Shown: positions 1 through 7,320 of the stretch, one piece after another | How positions within the stretch are numbered: position 1 is the first letter of the stretch | Layout of the letters: each line of letters begins with the position of its first letter | Made by a program: the position numbers and the translations under genes | The notes under the pieces: generated by a model | The model's input: only the letters and a program-made list of their open reading frames with translations | Databases searched by the model: none | What the model was told of the DNA's origin: nothing | Sequence record: OY723338.1 | Length of the DNA: 9,313 nt | Reading direction: 5' to 3' (one strand)

Positions 1-124
1 GTACCATTACACCATTACGGGAGTATATGGAGTACTATGGGTATCTAGAGGAGTCCCTGTAACACCAGATATCATGGTATTGGCATGCATTTGATGACAT
101 GAAAACACATGATTTGATGACATG
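1..124 (+). repeat. Module S, copy 1
   Basis: GTACCATTACACCATTACGGGAG...GATTTGATGACATG. Identical to 6196-6319, and to 4912-5034 apart from one A-run length difference. Confidence 0.92.
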
Positions 125-145
125 AAATGAGTAGGTATACACATC

Positions 146-277
146 TAATGACAGGATATGGCATACGGGATACCTGAGGAGACCACCTCCACAGGGAATA
201 CCCTCTCTGCACATCCAGGCTACCGAGAGGCCTACGGGGAGTATCCCCATATCCTCTGAGAGCCATTATGACCATTA
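146..277 (+). repeat. 132-bp interspersed element E, type a
   Basis: TAATGACAGGATATGGCATACGGGATACCTGAGGAG...GAGCCATTATGACCATTA. The 5' 36 nt and 3' 55 nt are identical to the type b copies. Only a central patch of about 23 nt differs. Confidence 0.88.
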
Positions 278-780
278 GGGAGTATCCAGCACATCATTAG
301 ATACACGGAATATCATGTAATTGCATAGATTTGATGACATGAAATCATGTGTTTTGATGACATGAAGTACTCATTATGAGTAGGTATACACATCTAATAC
401 CACTAGTACAACAGCATACACACCATTAGTACCATGTATCCTATGGTATACAGTACATGGGGAGTACGGGTACCATTACACCATGCAGAGGTGTATGGAG
501 TACTATATGGTATATAGGGAGTATCCAGTAGTCACCAGATATCATGTACTTGCATGCATTTGATGACATGAAACACATGATCTGATGATATGAAGTACTC
601 GATATGTACTCATTATGGTACCCACTAACACTAGTACTACAGCATATCCGTACAAGGGGAATCATAAGGATCCGCCCTTGCAGGTATTTGGGTACTATGT
701 GGTATGTAGAGGGTATCCAGTAGACACCAGATATCATGATATTGCATGCATTTGATGACATGAAAACACATGATTTGATG
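278..780 (+). repeat. Satellite-like M monomer sub-array (about 190-240-bp monomers)
   Basis: Recurring anchors are (G)TATCCAG...CACCAGATATCATG at about 282, 521 and 713, CATGCATTTGATGACATGAAACACATGAT, and CATGGGGAGTACGGGTACCATTACACC. Boundaries are approximate. Confidence 0.75.
353..581 (+). repeat. 229-bp segment with a perfect distant copy (donor or recipient of conversion)
   Basis: Base-for-base identical to 8184-8412 by my reading. The positional paralogue at 5263-5491 differs at 6 bases. Confidence 0.85.
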
Positions 781-1010
781 TACTCAGATTACATGATTAT
801 GGTGATATCCAGTACATCACCAGATCCCTTAGACACCATGGGGATCACTACATATGCTATAAGGAGTACACATGCTCTGCATGGTACCTATATCATAGGG
901 TAGGGGATATGCCCACGATACCTATGGAGACCACATCCTCTAGATACATGGTATGTGCACAGAGGATGGTGCCATGGTATGAGGTCCCCAAATGGGTCGA
1001 AATACATGTT
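781..1010 (+). repeat. Diverged partial copy of the block C head (C')
   Basis: Same TACTCAGATTACATGATTATGG...GGTGCCATGGTATGAGGTCCCCAAA backbone as 4407-4630, with a rearranged patch at 905-925. It diverges into segment X after about 1000. Confidence 0.8.
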
Positions 1011-1584
1011 TTAGGGGTACCAAAACATGTGTTGCGAGTAGGTATCGGCACGGGATTAGCACATCTAGGGCATTATGGAACCTGAGGAGATCACCTCCAC
1101 AGGGAATGTCCCTCCGTGCATCCTGGGCTACCGAGAGGCCTACATGCAGTACCCCATATCCTCTAAGAGACCATTATGGAGGGTATTGGACAGGGCCCGA
1201 AACCCCCAAAATGAGTGATTTGGGGTGCTCAAAACCATCGATTTTGGTGGTTTTGGCATGCAAAAAGGGTCGAAAACACCTCTTTTAGCCCCTTTTGCAC
1301 ATGGGAACACCACCCCATATACTAAGGGGGATCCTTCGAGGGATACAGAACCCCCGAAACCCCTTAAAGATGGTGTGTGAGTACTCATGCATGTACCCTT
1401 TTAGCACCCTTTCTGACCCCCTTTCAGACCCCCTAAATGGTGCCATTCCTCGAAGGATGGCCCTTAAGGGGTGCCGGGAAGGGTACCTAAAGAGGTCCCA
1501 AAAGTGACCATTTTAGGGGGTCCCAAAACGTGTTGCAAAGGGGTACCCCTTTGGTCACCAAAAGTGATGATTTTGGGGACACCA
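1011..1584 (+). repeat. Unit-I-specific segment X (degenerate GGGTCC/GGACCC/CCAAAA/TTTTGG short-repeat family, includes E2)
   Basis: There is no colinear counterpart in unit II, which has C-tail plus S (5921-6320) here. 1400-1490 is a diverged paralogue of 2415-2500 (CCCTTTCTG..AGACCCC..AATG(GT)GCCAT..CTAAGG(G)GTGC). Confidence 0.7.
1054..1180 (+). repeat. Element E, type b, degenerate copy
   Basis: 1080-1143 (64 nt) is identical to the type b core at 6367-6430. The 5' 26 nt and the 3' tail have diverged (CCTACATGCAGTACCCC vs CCTACGGGGAGTATCCCC). Confidence 0.75.
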
Positions 1585-1604
1585 AATGGGTCGGAATGGG
1601 TACC

Positions 1605-1736
1605 TAATGACAGGATATGGCATACGGGATACCTGAGGAGATCATCTCCACAGGGAATGTCCCTCCGTGCATCCTGGGCTACCGAGAGGCCTACGGGGAG
1701 TATCCCCATATCCTCTGAGAGCCATTATGACCATTA
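1605..1736 (+). repeat. Element E, type b
   Basis: Differs from 6341-6472 at a single base (T1645 vs C6381). In this copy GGAGATCATCTCC is a perfect 6+1+6 palindrome. Confidence 0.9.
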
Positions 1737-1778
1737 CGAGCATCCCGGAGAGCATATCTGAGGACCTGAAATCCATGG

Positions 1779-1848
1779 TTTTGGGGTCTAAAATGATGAT
1801 TTTAGAGGTCTCAAAATGATGGATTTGGGGTCTGGAATCATGAGATCC
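1779..1848 (+). repeat. Degenerate 22-24-bp tandem repeat with alternating T- and A-tracts
   Basis: TTTTGGGGTCTAAAATGATGAT / TTTAGAGGTCTCAAAATGATGGA / TTTGGGGTCTGGAATCATGAGATCC. Confidence 0.75.
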
Positions 1849-1892
1849 GGGGGTCTGGGGATGCCATGGGTATGGGATCCAGGGATGCAGGG
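1849..1892 (+). other. Canonical G-quadruplex-forming motif (six G-runs)
   Basis: GGGGG tct GGGG atgccat GGG tat GGG atcca GGG atgca GGG. All loops are 7 nt or shorter. Confidence 0.8.
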
Positions 1893-2128
1893 ATCCGGAG
1901 ACCATGAGGGCATGCAGACCATATGCACTACATACCATGGTGTGTGTAGTAGGGATACAGACCACTATGGATACCATCACCATTAGATACATACTCTGAG
2001 ACCATATGCTGTGGGTATCGGATTAGGGGTCTGGGGATGTGCAGATCTGGAGACCATGAGCGGATCCGGAGACCATCAGATCATGAGATATGGGGTCCGG
2101 GATGCTCGCGATGTATCTGAGGACCTGT

Positions 2129-2176
2129 GCAGATAGGTATGCAGATAGGTATGCAGATAGGTATGCAGATAGGTAT
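2129..2176 (+). repeat. Perfect 12-mer minisatellite (GCAGATAGGTAT)x4
   Basis: Four uninterrupted copies read directly from the sequence. On the minus strand it gives the YLHT repeat seen in the ORF track. Confidence 0.97.
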
Positions 2177-2584
2177 AGGCATTAGATACTAAGGACTCGC
2201 AGAGAGGTACTGAGGACATGCACAGAGGACATGGCACAGAGGATACGGGCATACAGACCATGCAGATAGGTACTAGGGACTCGCAGACCATAGGTATTAG
2301 GTATCTGAGGACACGGATGCCATGATCTGAGGACCCCAAGACCTCCAGAAATGGGGTATCTGAGGTATCCCGAGACCTCCCAAAATGGGTGTTTTGGACC
2401 CTAAATCACTCGTTTTGGGACCCTTTCTGGGTGCTCCCAGACCCCTCCCCAATGCCATCCCTAAGGTGCTCCTAAGGGATTCGGGCCCGTACCCCTCAGA
2501 TAGGGTATCCCAGAGGGTGTCGGATTGGGGGTCTGGAGGTCCTCGGAACCCCTAAATTGTGTGCCCTTAGTGTATAGTAACACA

Positions 2585-2598
2585 CGCGCGCGCGCGCG
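2585..2598. repeat. (CG)7 tract within a 19-nt alternating purine-pyrimidine run
   Basis: ACACACGCGCGCGCGCGCG at 2580-2598. Confidence 0.97.
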
Positions 2599-2999
2599 AA
2601 GGGCGGATCCGAGTCAGGCAGAAAACGAATGCATCATTTTGGACCCTTTGGGGCATTTCGGGGGTCCTAATGTGCACATTTGCGACCCCAAAAGGCCCAA
2701 AAGTGCCTAAAATGGGTCATTTTATGCCCTTTTCGGATGCACACAATGGGAATGCCATCGCCGGAGACCATATTCCTTACAGTGACCTTAGGAATATGAG
2801 TACGCGAAATCGGGGCAATTATGCCATTTACGGGTACCCCTAAAATGAGCACTTTTGGACCCCTTTTGACACCCCTTGGATCCCTCAGTGTACTGGTGGC
2901 ATGTGCATATCCCCTGATGCCTCTTTATCGAGGGAATGGGGATACCTGCATACCATACAGTATATGTGTTACTAGTGGGTATCGGCACACCTCCCAAAA

Positions 3000-3018
3000 C
3001 ATGTCATTTCGTGACATG
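3000..3018. repeat. Short inverted repeat (7-bp arms, 5-nt loop): CATGTCA tttcg TGACATG
   Basis: Read directly from the sequence. It is not followed by a T-run. Confidence 0.8.
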
Positions 3019-3289
3019 ATCTAGTCGAGATGAGCGAATCCACTACTATTACATATCATGGTGTAATGAGCTATACAGAGTACTATAGGTATTGGGGGTA
3101 TCCCTAATGGCAGCATATGCCCCATTAGAGGTATGCACCATATCCCCTAGTATCCCTTACAGCACATACCATGAACAGGTACTCATTAGTAGTACAGAAT
3201 GTGTATGTCATGACACCAAAACACATGTTTCGAGACATCTAAACACATGGTTTGCACGTATGATCATATACAGTATCTAGTGATATACA

Positions 3290-3715
3290 GGATACTAGTA
3301 GTATGCACGGAGGGTATGAGGGGTACGGGATACCCCTACATCATAGCCTAACAGCATACACTACGAGTACTATGTATACCATGGATACCACATGTATACT
3401 ATTACGGGTAGGTACTCATGAGCAGTATCATCATGTAAATGCATGCATTTGATGACATGAAGTACTCATTATGAGTAGGTACACACATCTAATACCAGTA
3501 GTACTACACCATACACACCATTAGTACCATGTATACTATGGTATACAGTACATGGGGAGTACGGGTACCATACCACCATTGCAGAGGTGTATGGAGTACT
3601 ATGAGTATCTAGAGAGTACTAGTAGTATCATGTATTGATACATCTAATGACATGAAACACATGGTTTGATGTATCTAATGATGTACTTAATGGATAGGTA
3701 TACACATCGTATTAG
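3290..3715 (+). repeat. M monomer sub-array, more diverged
   Basis: Carries TTTGATGACATGAAGTACTCATTATGAGTAGGTA at 3448-3481 and CATGGGGAGTACGGGTACCATACCACC at about 3551. Boundaries are approximate. Confidence 0.65.
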
Positions 3716-4040
3716 TGCATAGTATCTCTACATGGTCTATACACTGCCATACAGGGAGTGAGGGACCAGGAGGGAGACTATGCACTAGTAGACGATAACG
3801 TGACCTTTAACATTACCCTAGTATACTACTGGCAGTGCATACATTAGTGATACACCTCACTATCAGTACACTATTAGTATATGCTATATATGTAGTATCC
3901 TTAGTAGTAAGAGGTAGTGCACTACTACTAGCAGAGGTAGCTATCTACGAAGCAGGAGTATCCGCTACGATGCATACCACTAGCAGTACGTATACAGATA
4001 GTAGTACATTGCTCATAGTACTTACTCACTACGAGATAGC

Positions 4041-4052
4041 AGTAGTACTACT
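4041..4052. repeat. Perfect 12-bp palindrome AGTAGTACTACT
   Basis: Self-complementary as read. A second perfect 10-bp palindrome, GTACTAGTAC, lies at 4110-4119. Confidence 0.9.
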
Positions 4053-4138
4053 ATTAGCACAATGACGTACAGTGCATGTACACCAATAGAGAGATGCACA
4101 CCATACAGTGTACTAGTACTCATCATACCATGCAATGT

Positions 4139-4183
4139 ATACAATGGTGGTATGGAATACATGATACAATGGTGGTATGGAAT
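4139..4183 (+). repeat. 25-bp-period direct repeat (ATACAATGGTGGTATGGAAT x2 separated by ACATG)
   Basis: 4139-4158 and 4164-4183 are identical. A third partial copy, ATGGTGGTATGG, lies at about 4295-4306. Confidence 0.9.
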
Positions 4184-4406
4184 GATGTAGTAGTATGAGT
4201 AGTACTATGAACAGATACACTACTATCTGCATGCACAGAATAGGTCATCCTCAGGGATAGCACCTTAACCCTGTACCATACCATACAGTGGTACTATGGT
4301 GGTATGGCATGCATGTACTAGTAGTATGTAGTAGTATGTACTCATCATACCATCAGATCATGAGATCATGGCATCAAATCATGACATCAAAACACATGAT
4401 TTCATG

Positions 4407-4911
4407 TACTCAATTACATGATTATGGTGGTATCCAGGACATCACCAGATCCCTTAGAGACCATGGGGATCACTACATATGCTATAAGGAGTACACATGC
4501 TCTGCATGGTACCTATATCATAGGGTAGGGGTATCCCTCATGATACCTATGGAGACCATATCCTCTAGATACATGGTATGTGCTCAGAGGATGGTGCCAT
4601 GGTATGAGGTCCCCAAAAGGGTCCAAATACATGATTTGGGGTGTCTAAAATGACCACTTTTGGCACCTTTCTGGAGGTCCCAAAACGGGTGATTCAATCC
4701 CCCAAAAGGGGTCCGCAAATCAAGCCCAGAAATGGTCATAAAAAGGGCTCGTGGGGGTACCCCCATGAGCACTTTAGGACCCTAAAATGGGTGTTTTGGA
4801 CCCCTAAAATGGTGTATTTAGACCCTTTCGGAGGGGTACAGGCAACGAGTACTACTAGATACATACCAGCAGACCATGTATCCTATGGTATATAGGACAT
4901 GGGGGCTACGG
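4407..4911 (+). repeat. Block C, copy 1 (505 bp)
   Basis: 4441-4911 is identical by eye to 5725-6195 (471 bp). It starts TACTCA(G)ATTACATGATTATGG and ends GGACATGGGGGCTACGG. Confidence 0.93.
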
Positions 4912-5034
4912 GTACCATTACACCATTACGGGAGTATATGGAGTACTATGGGTATCTAGAGGAGTCCCTGTAACACCAGATATCATGGTATTGGCATGCA
5001 TTTGATGACATGAAACACATGATTTGATGACATG
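4912..5034 (+). repeat. Module S, copy 2
   Basis: Same as 1-124, with A3 in place of A4 at 5013-5015. Confidence 0.92.
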
Positions 5035-5055
5035 AAATGAGTAGGTATACACATC

Positions 5056-5187
5056 TAATGACAGGATATGGCATACGGGATACCTGAGGAGACCACCTCC
5101 ACAGGGAATACCCTCTCTGCACATCCAGGCTACCGAGAGGCCTACGGGGAGTATCCCCATACCTCTAAGGAGCCATTATGGCCATTA
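5056..5187 (+). repeat. Element E, type a
   Basis: Matches 146-277 except for a small 3' patch (CCCCATACCTCTAAGGAGCC vs CCCCATATCCTCTGAGAGCC) and ATGGCC vs ATGACC. Confidence 0.88.
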
Positions 5188-5689
5188 GGGAGTATCCAGC
5201 ACATCATTAGATACACGGAATATCATGTAATTGCATAGATTTGATGACATGAAATCATGTGTTTTGATGACATGAAGTACTCATTATGAGTAGGTATACA
5301 CATCTAATACCACTAGTACAACAGCATACACACCATTAGTACCATGTATCCTATGGTATACAGTACATGGGGAGTATAGGTACCATTACACCATGCAGAG
5401 GTGTATGGAGTACTATATGGTATATAGGGAGTATCCAGTAACCACCAGATATCATGTAATGGCATGCATTTGATGACATGAAACACATGATCTGATGATA
5501 TGAAGTACTCGATATGTACTCATTATGGTACCCACTAACACTAGTACTACAGCATATCCGTACAAGGGGAATCATAAGGATCCGCCCTTGCAGGTATTTG
5601 GGTACTATGTGGTATGTAGAGGGTATCCAGTAGACACCAGATATCATGATATTGCATGCATTTGATGACATGAAACACATGATTTGATG
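5188..5689 (+). repeat. M monomer sub-array (paralogue of 278-780)
   Basis: Part of block A copy 2, with the same anchors. Confidence 0.75.
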
Positions 5690-6195
5690 TACTCAGATTA
5701 CATGATTATGGTGATATCCAGTACATCACCAGATCCCTTAGAGACCATGGGGATCACTACATATGCTATAAGGAGTACACATGCTCTGCATGGTACCTAT
5801 ATCATAGGGTAGGGGTATCCCTCATGATACCTATGGAGACCATATCCTCTAGATACATGGTATGTGCTCAGAGGATGGTGCCATGGTATGAGGTCCCCAA
5901 AAGGGTCCAAATACATGATTTGGGGTGTCTAAAATGACCACTTTTGGCACCTTTCTGGAGGTCCCAAAACGGGTGATTCAATCCCCCAAAAGGGGTCCGC
6001 AAATCAAGCCCAGAAATGGTCATAAAAAGGGCTCGTGGGGGTACCCCCATGAGCACTTTAGGACCCTAAAATGGGTGTTTTGGACCCCTAAAATGGTGTA
6101 TTTAGACCCTTTCGGAGGGGTACAGGCAACGAGTACTACTAGATACATACCAGCAGACCATGTATCCTATGGTATATAGGACATGGGGGCTACGG
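5690..6195 (+). repeat. Block C, copy 2 (506 bp)
   Basis: Identical to copy 1 apart from a 1-nt indel (CAATT vs CAGATT) and 2 substitutions near the 5' end. Its ORF-track peptides are identical to those of copy 1. Confidence 0.93.
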
Positions 6196-6319
6196 GTACC
6201 ATTACACCATTACGGGAGTATATGGAGTACTATGGGTATCTAGAGGAGTCCCTGTAACACCAGATATCATGGTATTGGCATGCATTTGATGACATGAAAA
6301 CACATGATTTGATGACATG
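6196..6319 (+). repeat. Module S, copy 3 (fused directly to block D)
   Basis: Identical to 1-124. After 6319 it continues into GAATGGGTCGGAATGGGTACC and an E type b element, not the AAATGAGTAGGTATACACATC and E type a that follow the other two copies. Confidence 0.92.
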
Positions 6320-6340
6320 GAATGGGTCGGAATGGGTACC

Positions 6341-6472
6341 TAATGACAGGATATGGCATACGGGATACCTGAGGAGATCACCTCCACAGGGAATGTCCCT
6401 CCGTGCATCCTGGGCTACCGAGAGGCCTACGGGGAGTATCCCCATATCCTCTGAGAGCCATTATGACCATTA
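6341..6472 (+). repeat. Element E, type b
   Basis: Full-length copy at the start of block D copy 2, with the same boundaries as the other copies. Confidence 0.9.
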
Positions 6473-6514
6473 CGAGCATCCCGGAGAGCATATCTGAGGA
6501 CCTGAAATCCATGG

Positions 6515-6584
6515 TTTTGGGGTCTAAAATGATGATTTTAGAGGTCTCAAAATGATGGATTTGGGGTCTGGAATCATGAGATCC
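6515..6584 (+). repeat. Degenerate 22-24-bp tandem repeat (paralogue)
   Basis: Identical to 1779-1848. Confidence 0.75.
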
Positions 6585-6628
6585 GGGGGTCTGGGGATGC
6601 CATGGGTATGGGATCCAGGGATGCAGGG
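6585..6628 (+). other. Canonical G-quadruplex-forming motif (paralogue)
   Basis: Identical to 1849-1892. Confidence 0.8.
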
Positions 6629-6865
6629 ATCCGGAGACCATGAGGGCATGCAGACCATATGCACTACATACCATGGTGTGTGTAGTAGGGATACAGACCA
6701 CTATGGATACCATCACCATTAGATACATACTCTGAGACCATATGCTGTGGGTATCGGATTAGGGGTCTGGGGATGTGCAGATCTGGAGACCATGAGCGGA
6801 TCCGGAGACCATCAGATCATGAGATATGGGGTCCGGGGATGCTCGCGATGTATCTGAGGACCTGT

Positions 6866-6913
6866 GCAGATAGGTATGCAGATAGGTATGCAGATAGGTA
6901 TGCAGATAGGTAT
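6866..6913 (+). repeat. Perfect 12-mer minisatellite (GCAGATAGGTAT)x4
   Basis: Paralogue of 2129-2176 with the same copy number. Confidence 0.97.
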
Positions 6914-7320
6914 AGGCATTAGGTACTGAGGACTCGCAGAGAGGTACTGAGGACATGCACAGAGGACATGGCACAGAGGATACGGGCATACAGACCATGC
7001 AGATAGGTACTAGGGACTCGCAGACCATAGGTATTAGGTATCTGAGGACACGGATGCCATGATCTGAGGACCCCAAGACCTCCAGAAATGGGGTATCTGA
7101 GGTATCCCGAGACCTCCCAAAATGGGTGTTTTGGACCCTAAATCACTCGTTTGGGACCCTTTCTGGGTGCTCCCAGACCCCTCCCCAATGCCATCCCTAA
7201 GGTGCTCCTAAGGGATTCGGGCCCGTACCCCTCAGATAGGGTATCCCAGAGGGTGTCGGATTGGGGGTCTGGAGGTGCTCGGAACCCCTAAATTGTGTGC
7301 CCTTAGTGTATAGTAACACA

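Larger units (their letters stand above)
1..1010 (+). repeat. Block A, copy 1
   Basis: Hand alignment to 4912-5920 shows about 20 substitutions and a few 1-nt indels (about 97-98% identity). Similarity decays after about 1000/5910. Confidence 0.9.
1585..3481 (+). repeat. Block D, copy 1 (1.9 kb)
   Basis: Aligns to 6321-8217 at offset 4736. I found 5 isolated substitutions, 2 one-nt homopolymer indels and one cluster of 8 substitutions (about 99.2% identity). The ORF-track peptides from the two copies are identical or differ at one residue. Confidence 0.93.
3716..4348. other. Unit-I-specific island U (about 630 bp, single copy in the window)
   Basis: I saw no colinear paralogue elsewhere in the window. 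It is rich in TAGTAGTA/TACTAC triplet runs and short perfect palindromes. Unit II has M monomers at the equivalent position. Confidence 0.7.
1..4911 (+). repeat. Higher-order repeat unit I (4911 bp; module order S-E-M-C'(partial)-X-D-M-U-C)
   Basis: Colinear with 4912-9313 through blocks A, D and C at offsets of about 4911, 4736 and 4402. It differs by the unit-specific segments X (1011-1584) and U (3716-4348). Confidence 0.8.
4912..5920 (+). repeat. Block A, copy 2
   Basis: Colinear with 1-1010. The offset is 4911, dropping to 4909 after two A-run length differences. Confidence 0.9.

Noticed and set aside
230-237. GCCTACGG inside element E resembles the 5' end of 5S rRNA
   Set aside because: Only about 8 nt match, and the downstream sequence (GGAGTATCCCC) does not follow 5S.
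146-277. Element E as a MITE, SINE or IS-type mobile element
   Set aside because: The ends share only a 5-nt inverted match (TAATG...CATTA). No target-site duplication flanks any copy. There is no transposase ORF and no A/B-box or poly(A) tail. It may simply be a variant half-monomer of the satellite.
92-764. CRISPR-like appearance of a short conserved core recurring at intervals
   Set aside because: The core is only 12 nt. Spacing is irregular (23 to about 230 nt). The intervening 'spacers' are themselves repeated monomer sequence. There are no cas-like ORFs.
1642-1992. 116-aa minus-strand ORF, duplicated identically at 6378-6728
   Set aside because: The identity only reflects 99% DNA identity of block D, so it is not evidence of selection. 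The ORF spans the E element, the 22-bp tandem repeat and the G-quadruplex motif, and I recognise no domain-like sequence.
2650-2667. Hypervariable patch as a diversity-generating retroelement template/variable repeat pair
   Set aside because: The substitutions are not adenine-specific (G>T, G>A, C>G, T>C, T>A, C>T and others). There is no reverse transcriptase ORF and no coding target.
3000-3018. Hairpin as a Rho-independent terminator
   Set aside because: The stem is 7 bp and AT-rich and is not followed by a U-tract. There is no upstream gene.
3835-4065. 76-aa hydrophobic ORF (GTG start) in the unique island, considered as a CDS feature
   Set aside because: The open frame is what a (GTA)n/(CTA)n-biased sequence produces in one phase, with TAG stops in another phase. 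It is too short and too low in complexity to call. It is kept only as a speculative note in the findings.
4288-4653. Longest ORF in the window (121 aa, + strand)
   Set aside because: It starts in the unique island and runs into block C. The same block C sequence at 5690-5930 and 8807-9040 has no equivalent long ORF upstream. The peptide is low-complexity (H/Y/M/W-rich from CATG/GTAC words), and ORFs overlap it on the opposite strand. I see no ribosome-binding or promoter context I could defend.
4687-4703. tRNA T-arm-like GGGTG-ATTCAAT-CCCCC
   Set aside because: The stem has a mismatch. No complementary acceptor stem, D-arm or anticodon arm can be built from the flanks.
4776-4812. Telomere-like words (CCCTAAA at 4780 and 4802; TTTAGGG, CCCCAAAA and TTTTGGGG elsewhere, e.g. 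about 4612, 4701 and 1779)
   Set aside because: They are always single units in both orientations on the same strand and never form tandem arrays. They are explained by the GGGTCC/CCAAAA-type short-repeat family.
4904-4911. Reverse complement CCGTAGCC matches the start of the dinoflagellate spliced-leader sequence
   Set aside because: Only 8 nt match, and the rest of the spliced-leader sequence (ATTTTGGCTCAAG) is absent.
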